DNA of 63,299 nucleotides, the filler included, from Actinomycetales bacterium (GTDB lineage: Bacteria; Actinomycetota; Actinomycetes; Actinomycetales; CAVURS01), in the NCBI GenBank assembly GCA_045807245.1. It is 4 parts of 4 records of this genome, joined end to end, with 100 filler letters (N's around TTAATTAATTAA, not from the genome) between each part and the next. Parts side by side here need not be neighbours in the genome. Positions count along the whole stretch, not along the records: positions 28,032 to 57,960 come from JBJMHS010000018.1; 3 more parts are not named here. One strand, given 5' to 3'. Below, piece after piece: positions 40,349-50,577 of the stretch. Numbering within the stretch: the first letter of the stretch is position 1; the number at the start of each line of letters is the position of its first letter. Both the position numbers and the translations under genes were made by a program. The notes under the pieces were generated by a model. It worked only from the letters and a program-made list of their open reading frames with translations, ran no database searches and was not told where the DNA came from.

Positions 40349-40981
40349 ATGCGCGCTTTCACGGTTGTGGTCGCATCCGCCGGCTGTGCGGCACTGCTGG
40401 CCGCCTGCAGCTCATCGTCTTCCGGCGGCGGGACGAGCGGCGACCAGAGCTCCACATCCTCCTCCTCGTCGTCCTCGTCCTCGTCGACGAGCTCCACCGT
40501 CGCCGGCGGCACCACCAACCTGAACCCATGCCAGCTGGTCACGCGCGCCGAGGCCTCCAAGCTGGCCGGCGTGAGCCTCGGGCCGGGGAAGGAGTCGACG
40601 ATCAGCAAGAGCAGCAAGGAGTGCGTGTACGGCGGGCAGACCCTGAACGTGTTCACGGTCGAGGTGGCCGAAGCGGCGAGCCCCGAAGCGGCGAACGCGG
40701 AGTGGACCAAGGACCAGGCTCAAGCGCAGGAGGCGCTGAAGAAGAAGGTCCCGGCCGGTCTGTCGGTCAAGCTCGACGCGACGGGCCTGTCCCGTCTAGG
40801 TGACAAGGCCGAAGCGGTGCGGGCCTCGGCCAAGGTCCAAGGGGTGGCGATCGCCCTCAGCGGCATCTACGTCCTGAAGGGCTCGACGTTCTTCGCCTTC
40901 CAGGACCTGGCGCTCGGCAAGTCCGCGCCGAGCCAGAGCGACCTCAAGTCCCAGGCTGAGAAGGTCCTCGGCCGGATCTGA
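40349..40981 (+). CDS. Lipoprotein with Ser-rich linker (DUF3558-like)
   Basis: GAAGGAG SD, LLAAC lipobox, poly-Ser, PCQLVT..E, C.Y, LGDKA. Confidence 0.7.
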   Translation: MRAFTVVVASAGCAALLAACSSSSSGGGTSGDQSSTSSSSSSSSSSTSSTVAGGTTNLNPCQLVTRAEASKLAGVSLGPGKESTISKSSKECVYGGQTLNVFTVEVAEAASPEAANAEWTKDQAQAQEALKKKVPAGLSVKLDATGLSRLGDKAEAVRASAKVQGVAIALSGIYVLKGSTFFAFQDLALGKSAPSQSDLKSQAEKVLGRI

Positions 40982-41092
40982 CCGAGCTGGTCGGAGTCAC
41001 GCTGCGTTGCCGACCGCCTGATTGTCGTGAACCCGGCCTCAGGGGGACCGCTGCGCTGCTTCACTGACTCCGGCGCGAGATCGGGAGGGTCG

Positions 41093-42061
41093 ATGCTCAG
41101 TGTGCTGCGCAGACGGGTCGTCCGCCCCGCCGGACTGGTCGCGGTGGTCGCTGCCGCGGCCTTCTTGACGCCGGCAGCCGACGCAGCGACTGCGGGCCCC
41201 TGTGGGACGCTCACCGGCACCCCGGCGTACCAGCATGTCGTCGTGATCATGGACGAGAACGTCAGCTACCAGCAGCTCAAGAGGTCGCCGCAGGCGCCGT
41301 ACCTGCATTCGCTTGGGGCACAGTGCGGTTCGGAGCTCTTCATGCACGCGGCGACGCACCCGTCGCAGACGAACTACATGGCCATGACGAGCGGTGTCGC
41401 CTCGGCGCTCGGCATCCACACGGCCAACGACAACGTGTTCCACCAGGCCCAGGTGCACGGAGACACCTGGAAGGTCTATGCGGAGAACATGCCCCGCAGC
41501 TGCGCGAACACGAAGGTGCCGTACAAGACCGGTCACAACCCGGCCTTCTGGTACACCGACCTGCAGGCCCCGGCCAACACTTGTGCGCTGTACGACGTGC
41601 CGATGAAACCGGCGCTCGACGAGGACATCGCGAACGACTCACTGCCGAGGTTCGCGTGGGTCAGCCCGAACATCTGCAACGACATGCACGGCCTGGCCAG
41701 CTGCCCGCAGCCGAGCAGCCAGCGGATCGGAGTGGGCGACACCTGGCTGTCGACGATGATCCCCAGGCTCACGGCCATGCCGAGCTACCAGTCCGGCCGG
41801 ACGCTCATCATCATGACCTGGGACGAGGGCAACGGCGGCGAGGTCCCCGGCTCGGACTGCACTGACCCGCTCGTCTACTCCAGCCAGGGGTCCTGCCAGA
41901 TCGCGACCATCATCGTCTCGCCGTACGTCACGCCGGGCGCGACCGACGCCGCCGACCACAACCTGTACGGGCTGCTCGGTGACGTGCAGGACATCCTGGG
42001 CTACCCGCGGCTGGGCCGAGCGGTGGGAGCGAGCAGCCTTCGGCCCGGCCTCGGCTTCTAG
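41093..42061 (+). CDS. Secreted phosphoesterase (SapM/AcpA-like acid phosphatase family)
   Basis: HVVVIMDEN, HPSQTNY, HNP, PNICNDMH, TWDE; RRR-containing signal peptide. Confidence 0.85.
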   Translation: MLSVLRRRVVRPAGLVAVVAAAAFLTPAADAATAGPCGTLTGTPAYQHVVVIMDENVSYQQLKRSPQAPYLHSLGAQCGSELFMHAATHPSQTNYMAMTSGVASALGIHTANDNVFHQAQVHGDTWKVYAENMPRSCANTKVPYKTGHNPAFWYTDLQAPANTCALYDVPMKPALDEDIANDSLPRFAWVSPNICNDMHGLASCPQPSSQRIGVGDTWLSTMIPRLTAMPSYQSGRTLIIMTWDEGNGGEVPGSDCTDPLVYSSQGSCQIATIIVSPYVTPGATDAADHNLYGLLGDVQDILGYPRLGRAVGASSLRPGLGF

Positions 42062-42070
42062 ACTGCGCGG

Positions 42071-42985
42071 ATGGCTCGCGACGCCGGGATCTACGAGGTT
42101 CTGGACGACCGGTTCCAACAGTGCGCGAGCGGTGACCAGCAGCTCGAGGTGCTCCACGCGGGCTGTCGCTGGGCCGAGGGCCCGGTCTACGTCCCGGCCT
42201 GGCGCCAGCTGGTCTGGAGCGACATCCCGAACGACCGGCTGTTGCGCTGGGACGAGGCGACCGGCGCCGTCGGGGTGTTCCGCGAGCCGGCCGGGCACGT
42301 CAACGGCAACGCCTTGGACCGGTCCGGGCGGCTGGTCAGTGCCGAGCAAGGGAACCGGCGGGTGACCCGCACGGAGTACGACGGGTCGCGCACCGTGCTG
42401 GCCGACCGGTACGACGGCAAGCGGCTCAACAGCCCGAACGACGCGACAGTGAAGTCGGACGGCTCGATCTGGTTCTCCGACCCGGACTTCGGCATCCGCA
42501 GCGACTACGAGGGCAATCGCGCCGAGAGTGAGCTCGGCGCCTGCAACGTCTACCGGATCGACCCGGACTCCGGTGCGGTCACCCTCGTCGCGGACGGGCT
42601 GTCCGGCCCGAACGGGCTCGTGTTCACCGGCGACGAGAGCCGGCTGCTGGTCTCCGACAGCCGGGCCAACCACGTGAAGGCCTTCGACGTGCTGGCTGAT
42701 GGGACGCTCGGCCCCGGCCAGGTGCTGGTCCAGCCCATGGACGGCAACTTCGACAACCTCCGGCTGGACGTGGACGGCCGCATCTGGGTGGGCGCCATGG
42801 GCGGTGGTGTGCACTGCTACTCGCCCGAAGGCGAGCTCATCGGGCGGATCCGGGTGCCGGAGGTCGTGGCCAACGTCGCCTTCGGCGGGCCCAGACGCAA
42901 CCGGATGTTCATCGCCGCCAACACGACGATGTACTCCCTCGTCATGTCCGTGACCGGCGCCGGCCCGACCGGGCGGAGTGCATGA
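42071..42985 (+). CDS. SMP-30/gluconolactonase family protein
   Basis: WAEGPVY, WSDIPN, NSPND, WFSDP, PNGL, NVAFGG. Confidence 0.92.
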   Translation: MARDAGIYEVLDDRFQQCASGDQQLEVLHAGCRWAEGPVYVPAWRQLVWSDIPNDRLLRWDEATGAVGVFREPAGHVNGNALDRSGRLVSAEQGNRRVTRTEYDGSRTVLADRYDGKRLNSPNDATVKSDGSIWFSDPDFGIRSDYEGNRAESELGACNVYRIDPDSGAVTLVADGLSGPNGLVFTGDESRLLVSDSRANHVKAFDVLADGTLGPGQVLVQPMDGNFDNLRLDVDGRIWVGAMGGGVHCYSPEGELIGRIRVPEVVANVAFGGPRRNRMFIAANTTMYSLVMSVTGAGPTGRSA

Positions 42986-43082
42986 CGGCCCGCGGCGGGT
43001 TGACGCCCGCCTGTAGATTGGTGGTGCGTGTCATGCCACGCGTTGCGTCATGCGGAACAGCGTCGGAACCAGCGGGAGTGCG

Positions 43083-43595
43083 ATGAAGGACGCCCGAGGC
43101 GGCCGCCGGGCTGTGCCCGCTGCCGAGGCGGCACCGCAGGAGGTCGCCGACGCGGTTCGCCGGGCCGTGCAGCGCCACGAGCTGGAGCAGGGCCCGCTGA
43201 TGGAGATCCTGCACGACGTCCAGGGCGAGCTCGGCTGCGTGCCTCGCACGGCCGTGCCGGTCATCGCCGAGGCGCTCAACATCTCGCGGGCCGACGTGTA
43301 CGGCGTCGTCACCTTCTATCGCGACTTCCGTGAGGAGCCGGCCGGCCGCCGTACCGTCCGGATCTGCCGGGCCGAGGCGTGTCAGTCGCTCGGGTGCGAC
43401 CAGCTGGTCGCGCATGCGACCCAAGCCTTGGGCGTCGACCTCGGTGAGACGACGCTGGACGGTGACGTCACACTCGACCAGGTCTTCTGCCTCGGCAACT
43501 GTGCGCTGGGCCCCTCGGTCGAGGTGGACGGCCGCCTCTACGGCCGGATGAGCGGCGAGCGGTTGGACCAGATGCTCGCGGTAGGTCGTCGATGA
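43083..43595 (+). CDS. fdsG: NAD-dependent formate dehydrogenase gamma subunit (NuoE-like)
   Basis: LNISRADVYGVVTFY, CRAEAC...CLGNC [2Fe-2S] ligands; start uncertain. Confidence 0.9.
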   Translation: MKDARGGRRAVPAAEAAPQEVADAVRRAVQRHELEQGPLMEILHDVQGELGCVPRTAVPVIAEALNISRADVYGVVTFYRDFREEPAGRRTVRICRAEACQSLGCDQLVAHATQALGVDLGETTLDGDVTLDQVFCLGNCALGPSVEVDGRLYGRMSGERLDQMLAVGRR

Positions 43596-45211
43596 GCGAG
43601 CCGGTCACCGTCTACGTCCCGCGCGACTCGGCCGCTGTGTCGGTCGGCGCGGACGCCGTGGCCGCCGAGCTGTCCGAGCTCCTGGGTGACCGAATCCGCT
43701 TGGTACGCAACGGCTCTCGCGGCATGCTGTGGCTCGAGCCACTGGTCGAGGTAGAGACCGCTGAGGGCCGGGTGGCCTATGGCCCGGTGGATGCCGACGA
43801 CGTCGTGGGCCTGCTCGACTGCGGGCTGCTCGAGGGTGGCGACCACGCGCTGCGGTTGGGGCCCACCGAGGAGATCCAGTGGCTCGCCTCGCAACACCGC
43901 GTCACGTTCGCCCGGGTCGGCGTCGTGGACCCCCTCTCCGCTAGGGACTATGCGGCACACGGCGGCCTGGCCGGTCTGCGGCGTGCGCTCGACCTGGCTC
44001 CCGAGCAGGTCGTGGAGGAGATCGTCACGTCGGGGCTGCGCGGCCGTGGCGGTGCCGGCTTCCCGGCCGGCATCAAGTGGCGCACGGTGCTGCAGGCCAA
44101 CGACGGCGCGGACGGGCAGAAGTACATCTGCTGCAACGCGGACGAAGGTGACAGCGGCACCTACGCGGACCGGATGCTGATCGAGGGCGACCCGTTCTCG
44201 CTGATCGAAGGCATGACCATCGCGGGGGTCACGGTCGGAGCCAGCCAGGGCTACGTCTACCTGCGCTCGGAGTACCCGGCAGCGATCGCCACCCTGCGCT
44301 CGGCCATCGAGACGGCCTACGGCGAGGGCTGGCTGGGCGCGTCCGTCCTGGGATCGGGCCCGCGGTTCGACCTGCACGTCCGGGTCGGCGCCGGTGCCTA
44401 CATCTGCGGTGAGGAGACCTCGATGCTGGAGAGCCTCGAGGGCAAGCGAGGCGTCATCCGGGCCAAGCCGCCGATCCCGGCCCTTGTCGGGCTGTTCGGC
44501 CGGCCGACGGTGGTCAACAACGTGCTCACGCTCGCGACCGTGCCGATGATCCTGGCCGACGGCGGCCAGGTGTACGGCGCGCTCGGCGTCGGCCGCTCGC
44601 GGGGCACCCAGGTGTTCCAGCTCGCGGGCAACCTCGCGCACGGCGGCATCGTCGAGACGGCCTTCGGCATCACGCTGGGTGAGCTGGTCCTCGGCTACGG
44701 CGGCGGCACATCCAGCGGGCGCCCGCTGCGCGCCGTTCAGGTCGGTGGACCCCTCGGTGCCTACCTGCCGGTGGAGCAGCTGGATCTGCCCATGGACTAC
44801 GAGGCGTTCGCCGAAGCCGGCGCGATGGTGGGACACGGCGGCATCGTGGCGTTCGACGACACGGTCGACATGGCCCGGCAGGCGCGGTTCGCGATGGAGT
44901 TCTGCGCCGAGGAGTCGTGCGGCAAGTGCACGCCTTGCCGGATCGGCTCGGTCCGAGGCGTCGAGGTGATCGACCGGATCATCGCCGACGAGGACCGCAG
45001 TGCCAATTTGATTGTCTTGCAGGATCTTTGCGAGGTCATGGTGGAGGGCTCGTTGTGTGCGATGGGCGGTCTCACGCCGATGCCGGTCCGCAGTGCGCTG
45101 CGCCACTTCGGTGAGGACTTCGCCCAGCCCGGAGTCGCGCCACCCGGCCGATTGCGCGTCGAGATCGAGGACCGTCATCCCGCACCGACACCCACGGAGG
45201 TTCCGTCATGA
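43592..45211 (+). CDS. fdsB: NAD-dependent formate dehydrogenase beta subunit (NuoF-like)
   Basis: RNGSRGMLWLEPLVEV, GLRGRGGAGFP, NADEGD, YICGEET, ESCGKCTPCR. Confidence 0.93.
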   Translation: MSEPVTVYVPRDSAAVSVGADAVAAELSELLGDRIRLVRNGSRGMLWLEPLVEVETAEGRVAYGPVDADDVVGLLDCGLLEGGDHALRLGPTEEIQWLASQHRVTFARVGVVDPLSARDYAAHGGLAGLRRALDLAPEQVVEEIVTSGLRGRGGAGFPAGIKWRTVLQANDGADGQKYICCNADEGDSGTYADRMLIEGDPFSLIEGMTIAGVTVGASQGYVYLRSEYPAAIATLRSAIETAYGEGWLGASVLGSGPRFDLHVRVGAGAYICGEETSMLESLEGKRGVIRAKPPIPALVGLFGRPTVVNNVLTLATVPMILADGGQVYGALGVGRSRGTQVFQLAGNLAHGGIVETAFGITLGELVLGYGGGTSSGRPLRAVQVGGPLGAYLPVEQLDLPMDYEAFAEAGAMVGHGGIVAFDDTVDMARQARFAMEFCAEESCGKCTPCRIGSVRGVEVIDRIIADEDRSANLIVLQDLCEVMVEGSLCAMGGLTPMPVRSALRHFGEDFAQPGVAPPGRLRVEIEDRHPAPTPTEVPS

Positions 45212-48030
45212 GCCTGCTCAAAGAGCCGGACCTCGGGACGCCGGCCAAGCCGGGCGCCGCGACGGTCGAGGTCGAGGTCGACGGCCGGTCCGTGCTGGTG
45301 CCCGAGGGCACATCGGTCATGCGGGCCGCCGCGCTCGCGGGCATCGACGTGCCGAAGCTCTGCGCGACGGACAGCCTCGAGTCGTTCGGCTCGTGCCGGC
45401 TCTGCCTGGTGGAGATCGACGGCGCGAAGGGCACACCGGCGTCGTGTACGACTCCGTGCGCCGAGGGCATGAAGGTCACGACGCAGACGCCCAAGCTGGA
45501 GAAGCTGCGCCGCGGTGTCATGGAGCTCTACATCTCCGACCACCCGCTCGACTGCCTGACCTGCCCGGCCAACGGCGACTGCGAGCTGCAGGACATGGCC
45601 GGTGTCGTGGGCCTGCGCGACGTCCGCTACGGGTACGCCGGCGACAACCATCTTGACGCCCCGACGGACTCGAGCAACCCGTACTTCGACTTCGACGCGA
45701 GCAAGTGCATCGTCTGCTCGCGCTGCGTTCGGGCCTGCAGCGAGGTCCAGGGCACCTTCGCACTGACCATCTCCGGCCGCGGCTTCGACTCCAAGGTGTC
45801 GGCGAGCGAGGGCCTGGCGTTCATGGACTCCGAGTGCGTCTCGTGCGGCGCCTGCGTCCAGGCCTGCCCGACGTCGACGCTGCAGGAGAAGAGCGTCGTC
45901 CAGCTGGGCATGCCGACTCGTTCGGTGATCACCACCTGCGCCTACTGCGGCGTCGGCTGCTCGTTCAAGGCCGAGCTCAAGGGCTCGGAAGTCGTCCGGA
46001 TGGTCCCGTACAAGGACGGCGGCGCGAACGAGGGCCACTCCTGCGTCAAGGGCCGGTTCGCGTTCGGCTACACGAACCACCCCGACCGGGTCCTCAAGCC
46101 GCTCATGCGTGAGCGCTACACCGACGAGTGGCGTGAGGTCGATTGGGACGAGGCGATCACGTTCGTCGCGCGACGGTTCAGCGAGATCCAGGCCACGCAC
46201 GGGATGGGTTCGGTGGGCGCCATCTCCTCCTCCCGCACCACCAACGAAGAGGTGTACGTCGTCCAGCGGATGGTCCGGGATGCGTTCCGCAACAACAACA
46301 TCGACACCTGCGCCCGGGTGTGCCACTCGCCGACCGGGTACGGCCTGAAGCAGACCTTCGGCACGTCGGCCGGTACGCAGGACTTCAAGTCCGTGGACGA
46401 CGCCGACGTCATGGTCGTGATCGGCGCCAACCCGACGGACGCCCACCCGGTGTTCGCGTCGCGGATGAAGAAACGGCTCCGGGCCGGCGCTCGGCTGGTC
46501 GTCATCGACCCGCGCCGGATCGACCTGGTCCGGACGCCGCATGTCGAGGCCACTCTGCACCTGCAGCTGGCGCCGGGCACGAACGTCGCCGTCGTCAACG
46601 CGCTCGCGCACGTCGTGGTGACCGAGGGGCTGGTCGACGAGTCGTTCGTCGCTGAACGCTGTGAGGGCTACGCCGAGTGGGCCGACTTCGTCGCCCGCCC
46701 GGAGAACAGCCCGGAGGCGCTCGCCGACATCACCGGCGTGCCGGCCGAGCAGATGCGTCAGGCCGCCCGCCTGTACGCCGCAGGCCCCAACTCGGCGATC
46801 TACTACGGCCTCGGGGTGACCGAGCACAGCCAGGGTTCGACGATGGTCATGGGCATGGCGAACCTGGCCATGGCGACCGGCAACATCGGTCGGCGCGGCG
46901 TCGGCGTCAACCCGTTGCGAGGGCAGAACAACGTCCAGGGCTCGTGCGACATGGGCTCGTTCCCGCACGAGCTGCCCGGCTACCGGCACATCTCCGATGC
47001 CTCGGTGCGCGGGATCTACGAACAGCTGTGGGGCCACGCGCTGGACCCGGAGCCGGGGCTGCGGATCCCGAACATGTTCGACTCCTCTTTGGACGGGTCG
47101 TTCAAGGCCCTGTTCGTGCAGGGGGAGGACATCGCACAGTCCGACCCCAACACCCAGCACGTCAAGGCGGCGCTGGGCTCGCTCGAGCTGCTCGTCGTCC
47201 AGGACCTGTTCATCAACGAGACGGCCAAGTTCGCGCACGTCCTGCTGCCGGGCACGTCCTTCCTGGAGAAGGACGGGACGTTCACCAACGCCGAGCGCCG
47301 GATCAACCGGGTGCGGCCGGTGATGCAGCCGCGGACCGGCAAGCACGAGTGGGAGATCGTCGCGGAGATCGCCGCCCTGATGGGCGCTCCGATGCCGTAC
47401 AAGAGCTCGAGCCAGATCATGGACGAGATCGCCGCGACGACTCCGACCTTCACCGGGGTGAGCTTCGAGCTGCTGGACAAGGTCGGCAGCGTGCAGTGGC
47501 CGTGCAACGCCGACGCACCGCTCGGCACCGAGACCATGCACGAGCAGCAGTTCGCGCGCGGGCTCGGACATTTTGTGGCGACGCCCTATGTGCCGACGAC
47601 CGAGCGGAGCACCCGCAAGTACCCGCTCATCCTGACGACGGGCCGGATCCTGTCCCAGTACAACGTGGGCGCGCAGACGCGTCGTACGCCGAACGTCGCC
47701 TGGCACGACGAGGACCTGCTCGAGATCCATCCGCACGACGCCGAGGACCGCGGCATCCGCGACGGCGACTTCGTCGTGCTGGCCAGCCGGGTCGGTCAGA
47801 CGAAGATCCGGGCCAAGCTGGCCGACCGGATGCCCCTGGGTGTCGTCTACACGACCTTCCACCACCCGGTCAGCGGCGCCAACGTCGTGACCACGGAGAA
47901 CTCGGACTGGGCGACCAACTGCCCGGAGTACAAGGTCACCGCCGTGCAGGTCGCCCTCGCCACACAGGTACACGTGGACGAGATGCGCTCGCCCGCCGAG
48001 GTGCTCGGTGAGCCGGTGGGCGCCGGGTGA
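45208..48030 (+). CDS. fdsA: Molybdopterin formate dehydrogenase alpha subunit
   Basis: N-terminal FeS motifs, CAYCGVGC, CARVCH (Cys ligand), LRGQNNVQG, TNCPEYKV. Confidence 0.94.
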   Translation: MSLLKEPDLGTPAKPGAATVEVEVDGRSVLVPEGTSVMRAAALAGIDVPKLCATDSLESFGSCRLCLVEIDGAKGTPASCTTPCAEGMKVTTQTPKLEKLRRGVMELYISDHPLDCLTCPANGDCELQDMAGVVGLRDVRYGYAGDNHLDAPTDSSNPYFDFDASKCIVCSRCVRACSEVQGTFALTISGRGFDSKVSASEGLAFMDSECVSCGACVQACPTSTLQEKSVVQLGMPTRSVITTCAYCGVGCSFKAELKGSEVVRMVPYKDGGANEGHSCVKGRFAFGYTNHPDRVLKPLMRERYTDEWREVDWDEAITFVARRFSEIQATHGMGSVGAISSSRTTNEEVYVVQRMVRDAFRNNNIDTCARVCHSPTGYGLKQTFGTSAGTQDFKSVDDADVMVVIGANPTDAHPVFASRMKKRLRAGARLVVIDPRRIDLVRTPHVEATLHLQLAPGTNVAVVNALAHVVVTEGLVDESFVAERCEGYAEWADFVARPENSPEALADITGVPAEQMRQAARLYAAGPNSAIYYGLGVTEHSQGSTMVMGMANLAMATGNIGRRGVGVNPLRGQNNVQGSCDMGSFPHELPGYRHISDASVRGIYEQLWGHALDPEPGLRIPNMFDSSLDGSFKALFVQGEDIAQSDPNTQHVKAALGSLELLVVQDLFINETAKFAHVLLPGTSFLEKDGTFTNAERRINRVRPVMQPRTGKHEWEIVAEIAALMGAPMPYKSSSQIMDEIAATTPTFTGVSFELLDKVGSVQWPCNADAPLGTETMHEQQFARGLGHFVATPYVPTTERSTRKYPLILTTGRILSQYNVGAQTRRTPNVAWHDEDLLEIHPHDAEDRGIRDGDFVVLASRVGQTKIRAKLADRMPLGVVYTTFHHPVSGANVVTTENSDWATNCPEYKVTAVQVALATQVHVDEMRSPAEVLGEPVGAG

Positions 48031-48248
48031 GCCACGACGTCGTCGAGGAACCGCGCGTCGTACGGCTCGCACACGACATCGCGCACAACCTGGTGAACCT
48101 GCCGGACCAGCAGCGGTCCGAAGCCGTGGCCAACCACATCCGGTCGTTCTGGGACCCCAGGATGCGTCGGCAGCTCAAGCTGATCGTCGACGCCGATCCC
48201 GACATCGTCGAGCCCGTCGTCCGCGCCGCCGCCGCTTTGCTTTCGTAG
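48027..48248 (+). CDS. fdsD: Formate dehydrogenase delta subunit
   Basis: VANHIRSFWDPRMRRQL; GTGA overlap with fdsA. Confidence 0.88.
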   Translation: MSHDVVEEPRVVRLAHDIAHNLVNLPDQQRSEAVANHIRSFWDPRMRRQLKLIVDADPDIVEPVVRAAAALLS

Positions 48249-48310
48249 CCCGTCAGGAACGGGTGCTGCGCTAGCCCTCACACGGCACGAGGTCTGCGCG
48301 TTCCATCGTC

Positions 48311-48793
48311 ATGACCGCGACACGTACGACGCCGACCGGCCTTCGCTTCCGCCCGCTGCCGGCGCCGCTGCCGGATATCGACCAGCTCCCACGGTCGCTG
48401 GTACGCCGCGTGGTCGCCGATGCTCCGCATGCCTACCCGTGCCGGCGGTGCCTGCGGGACGCCGAGGTGGGCGACGACCTCGTGCTGTTCCCTTACGACC
48501 CGTTCCTCGGCGACAGCCCGTACCGCCAGCCCGGCCCGATCTTCGTCCACGAGCGCGAGTGCACGCCCGACCCAGCGGACCTGGCCAGCGCGCCCGAGCA
48601 GCTGCGCCGGCGCCAGCTCTCGCTGCGAGGCTTCGACCTGAGCCACCAGCTGGTCGCCACCGTCGTGGTCGAGGGTGTCGAGACTGACGCCGCCGTCGCG
48701 GCCCTGCTCGACGACCCGGCCGTCGACTACGTCCATGTCCACAACGCGGCACCGGGCTGCTTCGCCGTGCGGGTCGAGCGCTCTGGCGGATGA
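48311..48793 (+). CDS. DUF1203-family protein
   Basis: YPCRRCL, SPY..GPIFVH..C, YVHVHNAAPGCF. Confidence 0.85.
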   Translation: MTATRTTPTGLRFRPLPAPLPDIDQLPRSLVRRVVADAPHAYPCRRCLRDAEVGDDLVLFPYDPFLGDSPYRQPGPIFVHERECTPDPADLASAPEQLRRRQLSLRGFDLSHQLVATVVVEGVETDAAVAALLDDPAVDYVHVHNAAPGCFAVRVERSGG

Positions 48794-48816
48794 GCCGGAC
48801 CGGGTGACTGTCTGGG

Positions 48817-48845
48817 CTAATACATCCCCCAAAAGGTGCCGATGA
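48817..48845 (+). promoter_or_regulatory. Sigma28-type promoter of the diguanylate cyclase
   Basis: CTAA-N17-GCCGATGA. Confidence 0.6.
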
Positions 48846-48939
48846 GGAAGCAGGGGCAAGGGCTGTACCTCGCCGTACCGCAGGACGCGTACCACCCGCC
48901 GTACCCCGTCGAGCCCACGTCGAATCCCTGGACGACCAC

Positions 48940-49968
48940 ATGTACCCGAGCGTCACGCCGACCACGCAGTCGTGGTGGCGATCCCGCCTGCCGGTCCGGG
49001 CGCTGACGGGCTCCGAGGCAGTGCGCTACGGGCGCGGGTTGCTGTTGGCGACCGGGCTCGTCGTGTCGGCCGCGATGCCGCTGCTCAACCCCACCCAGCA
49101 CGACCTGTACGTCCTGGGGATGGTCAGCGCGGGCATGACGGCCTTCCTCGTGCTGAGCCTGTTTCTGCCCTGGAGCAGGTGGCCGGACCGGACCACGGTC
49201 GCGTTCCCGGTCGCGGTGATGGCTGCCCTGGCGACGGTCGGGCACTTCACCCGGACCGAGATCGGCACCTGCTTCTCCGGACTGTTCGTGCTCTGCTTCG
49301 CCTACCTGGGTGTGTGCGCACGGCGGCACACGGTGTTCTACGTCCTGCCTCTCGCGGTGGTCAGCTATCTGGTCTCGCTCGGAACGTTCGACGCCGCGGT
49401 CGGCATCCGGCTCTGTGTGGCGACGGCCGTGTGGACCCTGCTGGCCGAGCTGCTCTCGCACCTGATGGAGCAGCAGCACTTGGTGGCCGAGATGCTCGAC
49501 GCCGCATCGCGCACCGACGAGCTCACCCGCCTCGCCAACCGGCGCGACCTCGAGGCGCGGCTGCGCGGGGCCAAGCTCGGCGACACCCTCGTCATGTGCG
49601 ACCTGGACCACTTCAAGCGGCTCAACGACACCCACGGCCACGCTGCGGGTGACGCCGTCCTGCGCGACTTCGGGTCGGTCCTGCTGGGCGCACTGCGCGG
49701 TGACGACTATGCGGCACGGTACGGCGGCGAGGAGTTCGTCCTCGTGCTGGCCGAGACCGACAGCACCCAGACCCTCGACGTCCTGGAGCGGCTGCGCCGG
49801 CGCTGGCACGCGGCGCACCCGGAGATCACCTTCTCGGCCGGCCTGGCCACGCATGCCGGGGTGGTCGGCGTGGAGGAGCTGCTGCGTCAGGCCGACCAGG
49901 CGCTGTACGCGGCCAAGGCGGCCGGGCGCGACTGCTTCCGCGGCGCTCAGCGCCAGGCTGTCGCGTGA
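48940..49968 (+). CDS. Membrane-bound diguanylate cyclase (GGDEF)
   Basis: N-terminal TM helices; DLDHFKRLND.HGH..GD, RGDD I-site, GGEEF, ADQALYAAK. Confidence 0.92.
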   Translation: MYPSVTPTTQSWWRSRLPVRALTGSEAVRYGRGLLLATGLVVSAAMPLLNPTQHDLYVLGMVSAGMTAFLVLSLFLPWSRWPDRTTVAFPVAVMAALATVGHFTRTEIGTCFSGLFVLCFAYLGVCARRHTVFYVLPLAVVSYLVSLGTFDAAVGIRLCVATAVWTLLAELLSHLMEQQHLVAEMLDAASRTDELTRLANRRDLEARLRGAKLGDTLVMCDLDHFKRLNDTHGHAAGDAVLRDFGSVLLGALRGDDYAARYGGEEFVLVLAETDSTQTLDVLERLRRRWHAAHPEITFSAGLATHAGVVGVEELLRQADQALYAAKAAGRDCFRGAQRQAVA

Positions 49969-50115
49969 CCCGGCCCCCCGCCGTACCCCCATCTCTTCGT
50001 ACTCCCTGCAGCCCGGCGTGCTCCCCGCAGCCCGGTTCGGCACGGGACATTTCGGGCGTCGAGCGAGGCGGCAGGGAGCACCGCGCGGGACAGGGAGTAC
50101 GGCGGGCTGGGGGCG

Positions 50116-50577
50116 TCAGCCGGCGGTGGCCAGCAGGGGAGCCCGGAGCGACAGCTCCGTGTCGGTCTGCAGCGCCTGGACGGCGCGACGGGTGCGGGCG
50201 TTGACCAGGATGGGCGCCGCCAGGTTCGCGGTGGCCTCGGCCAGGCCGCGGCCCGGGTTCACGACGAGCAGTACGAGGGGCTCCTCGCCGGTGGTCAGCT
50301 CGAGGGCGTCGACGACCTCCGTCTCCAGCTCGGCGCTGTAGTCGGGGAAGAACGCGCCCGGGGCCACGACGAGCAGGCGCAGACCCGGGTCCAGCACCGA
50401 GCGGAGCGCGAACACGCCCGCGTCGTCGTCGAGCGAGACGAGCAGGCAGGGCGAGAGCCCGGGCAGCCCGGGAACGTCCTCGACGAACGAGATGATCGGG
50501 AGGTCCTCGTCACCCATCGCAGCGTTCGCCTCCACAGCGTCGGCAGCCTCGGTGGTCCGCAGTGCGCTTGCGGTCAC
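50116..50577 (-). CDS. fliW: Flagellar assembly factor FliW
   Basis: F....PG, P.AFFPDY, TANLAAPILVN; follows flgL. Confidence 0.88.
   Translation of the reverse strand: MTASALRTTEAADAVEANAAMGDEDLPIISFVEDVPGLPGLSPCLLVSLDDDAGVFALRSVLDPGLRLLVVAPGAFFPDYSAELETEVVDALELTTGEEPLVLLVVNPGRGLAEATANLAAPILVNARTRRAVQALQTDTELSLRAPLLATAG

Noticed and set aside
45175..48072. 965-aa minus-strand ORF
   Set aside because: Antisense shadow of fdsA with no recognisable motifs
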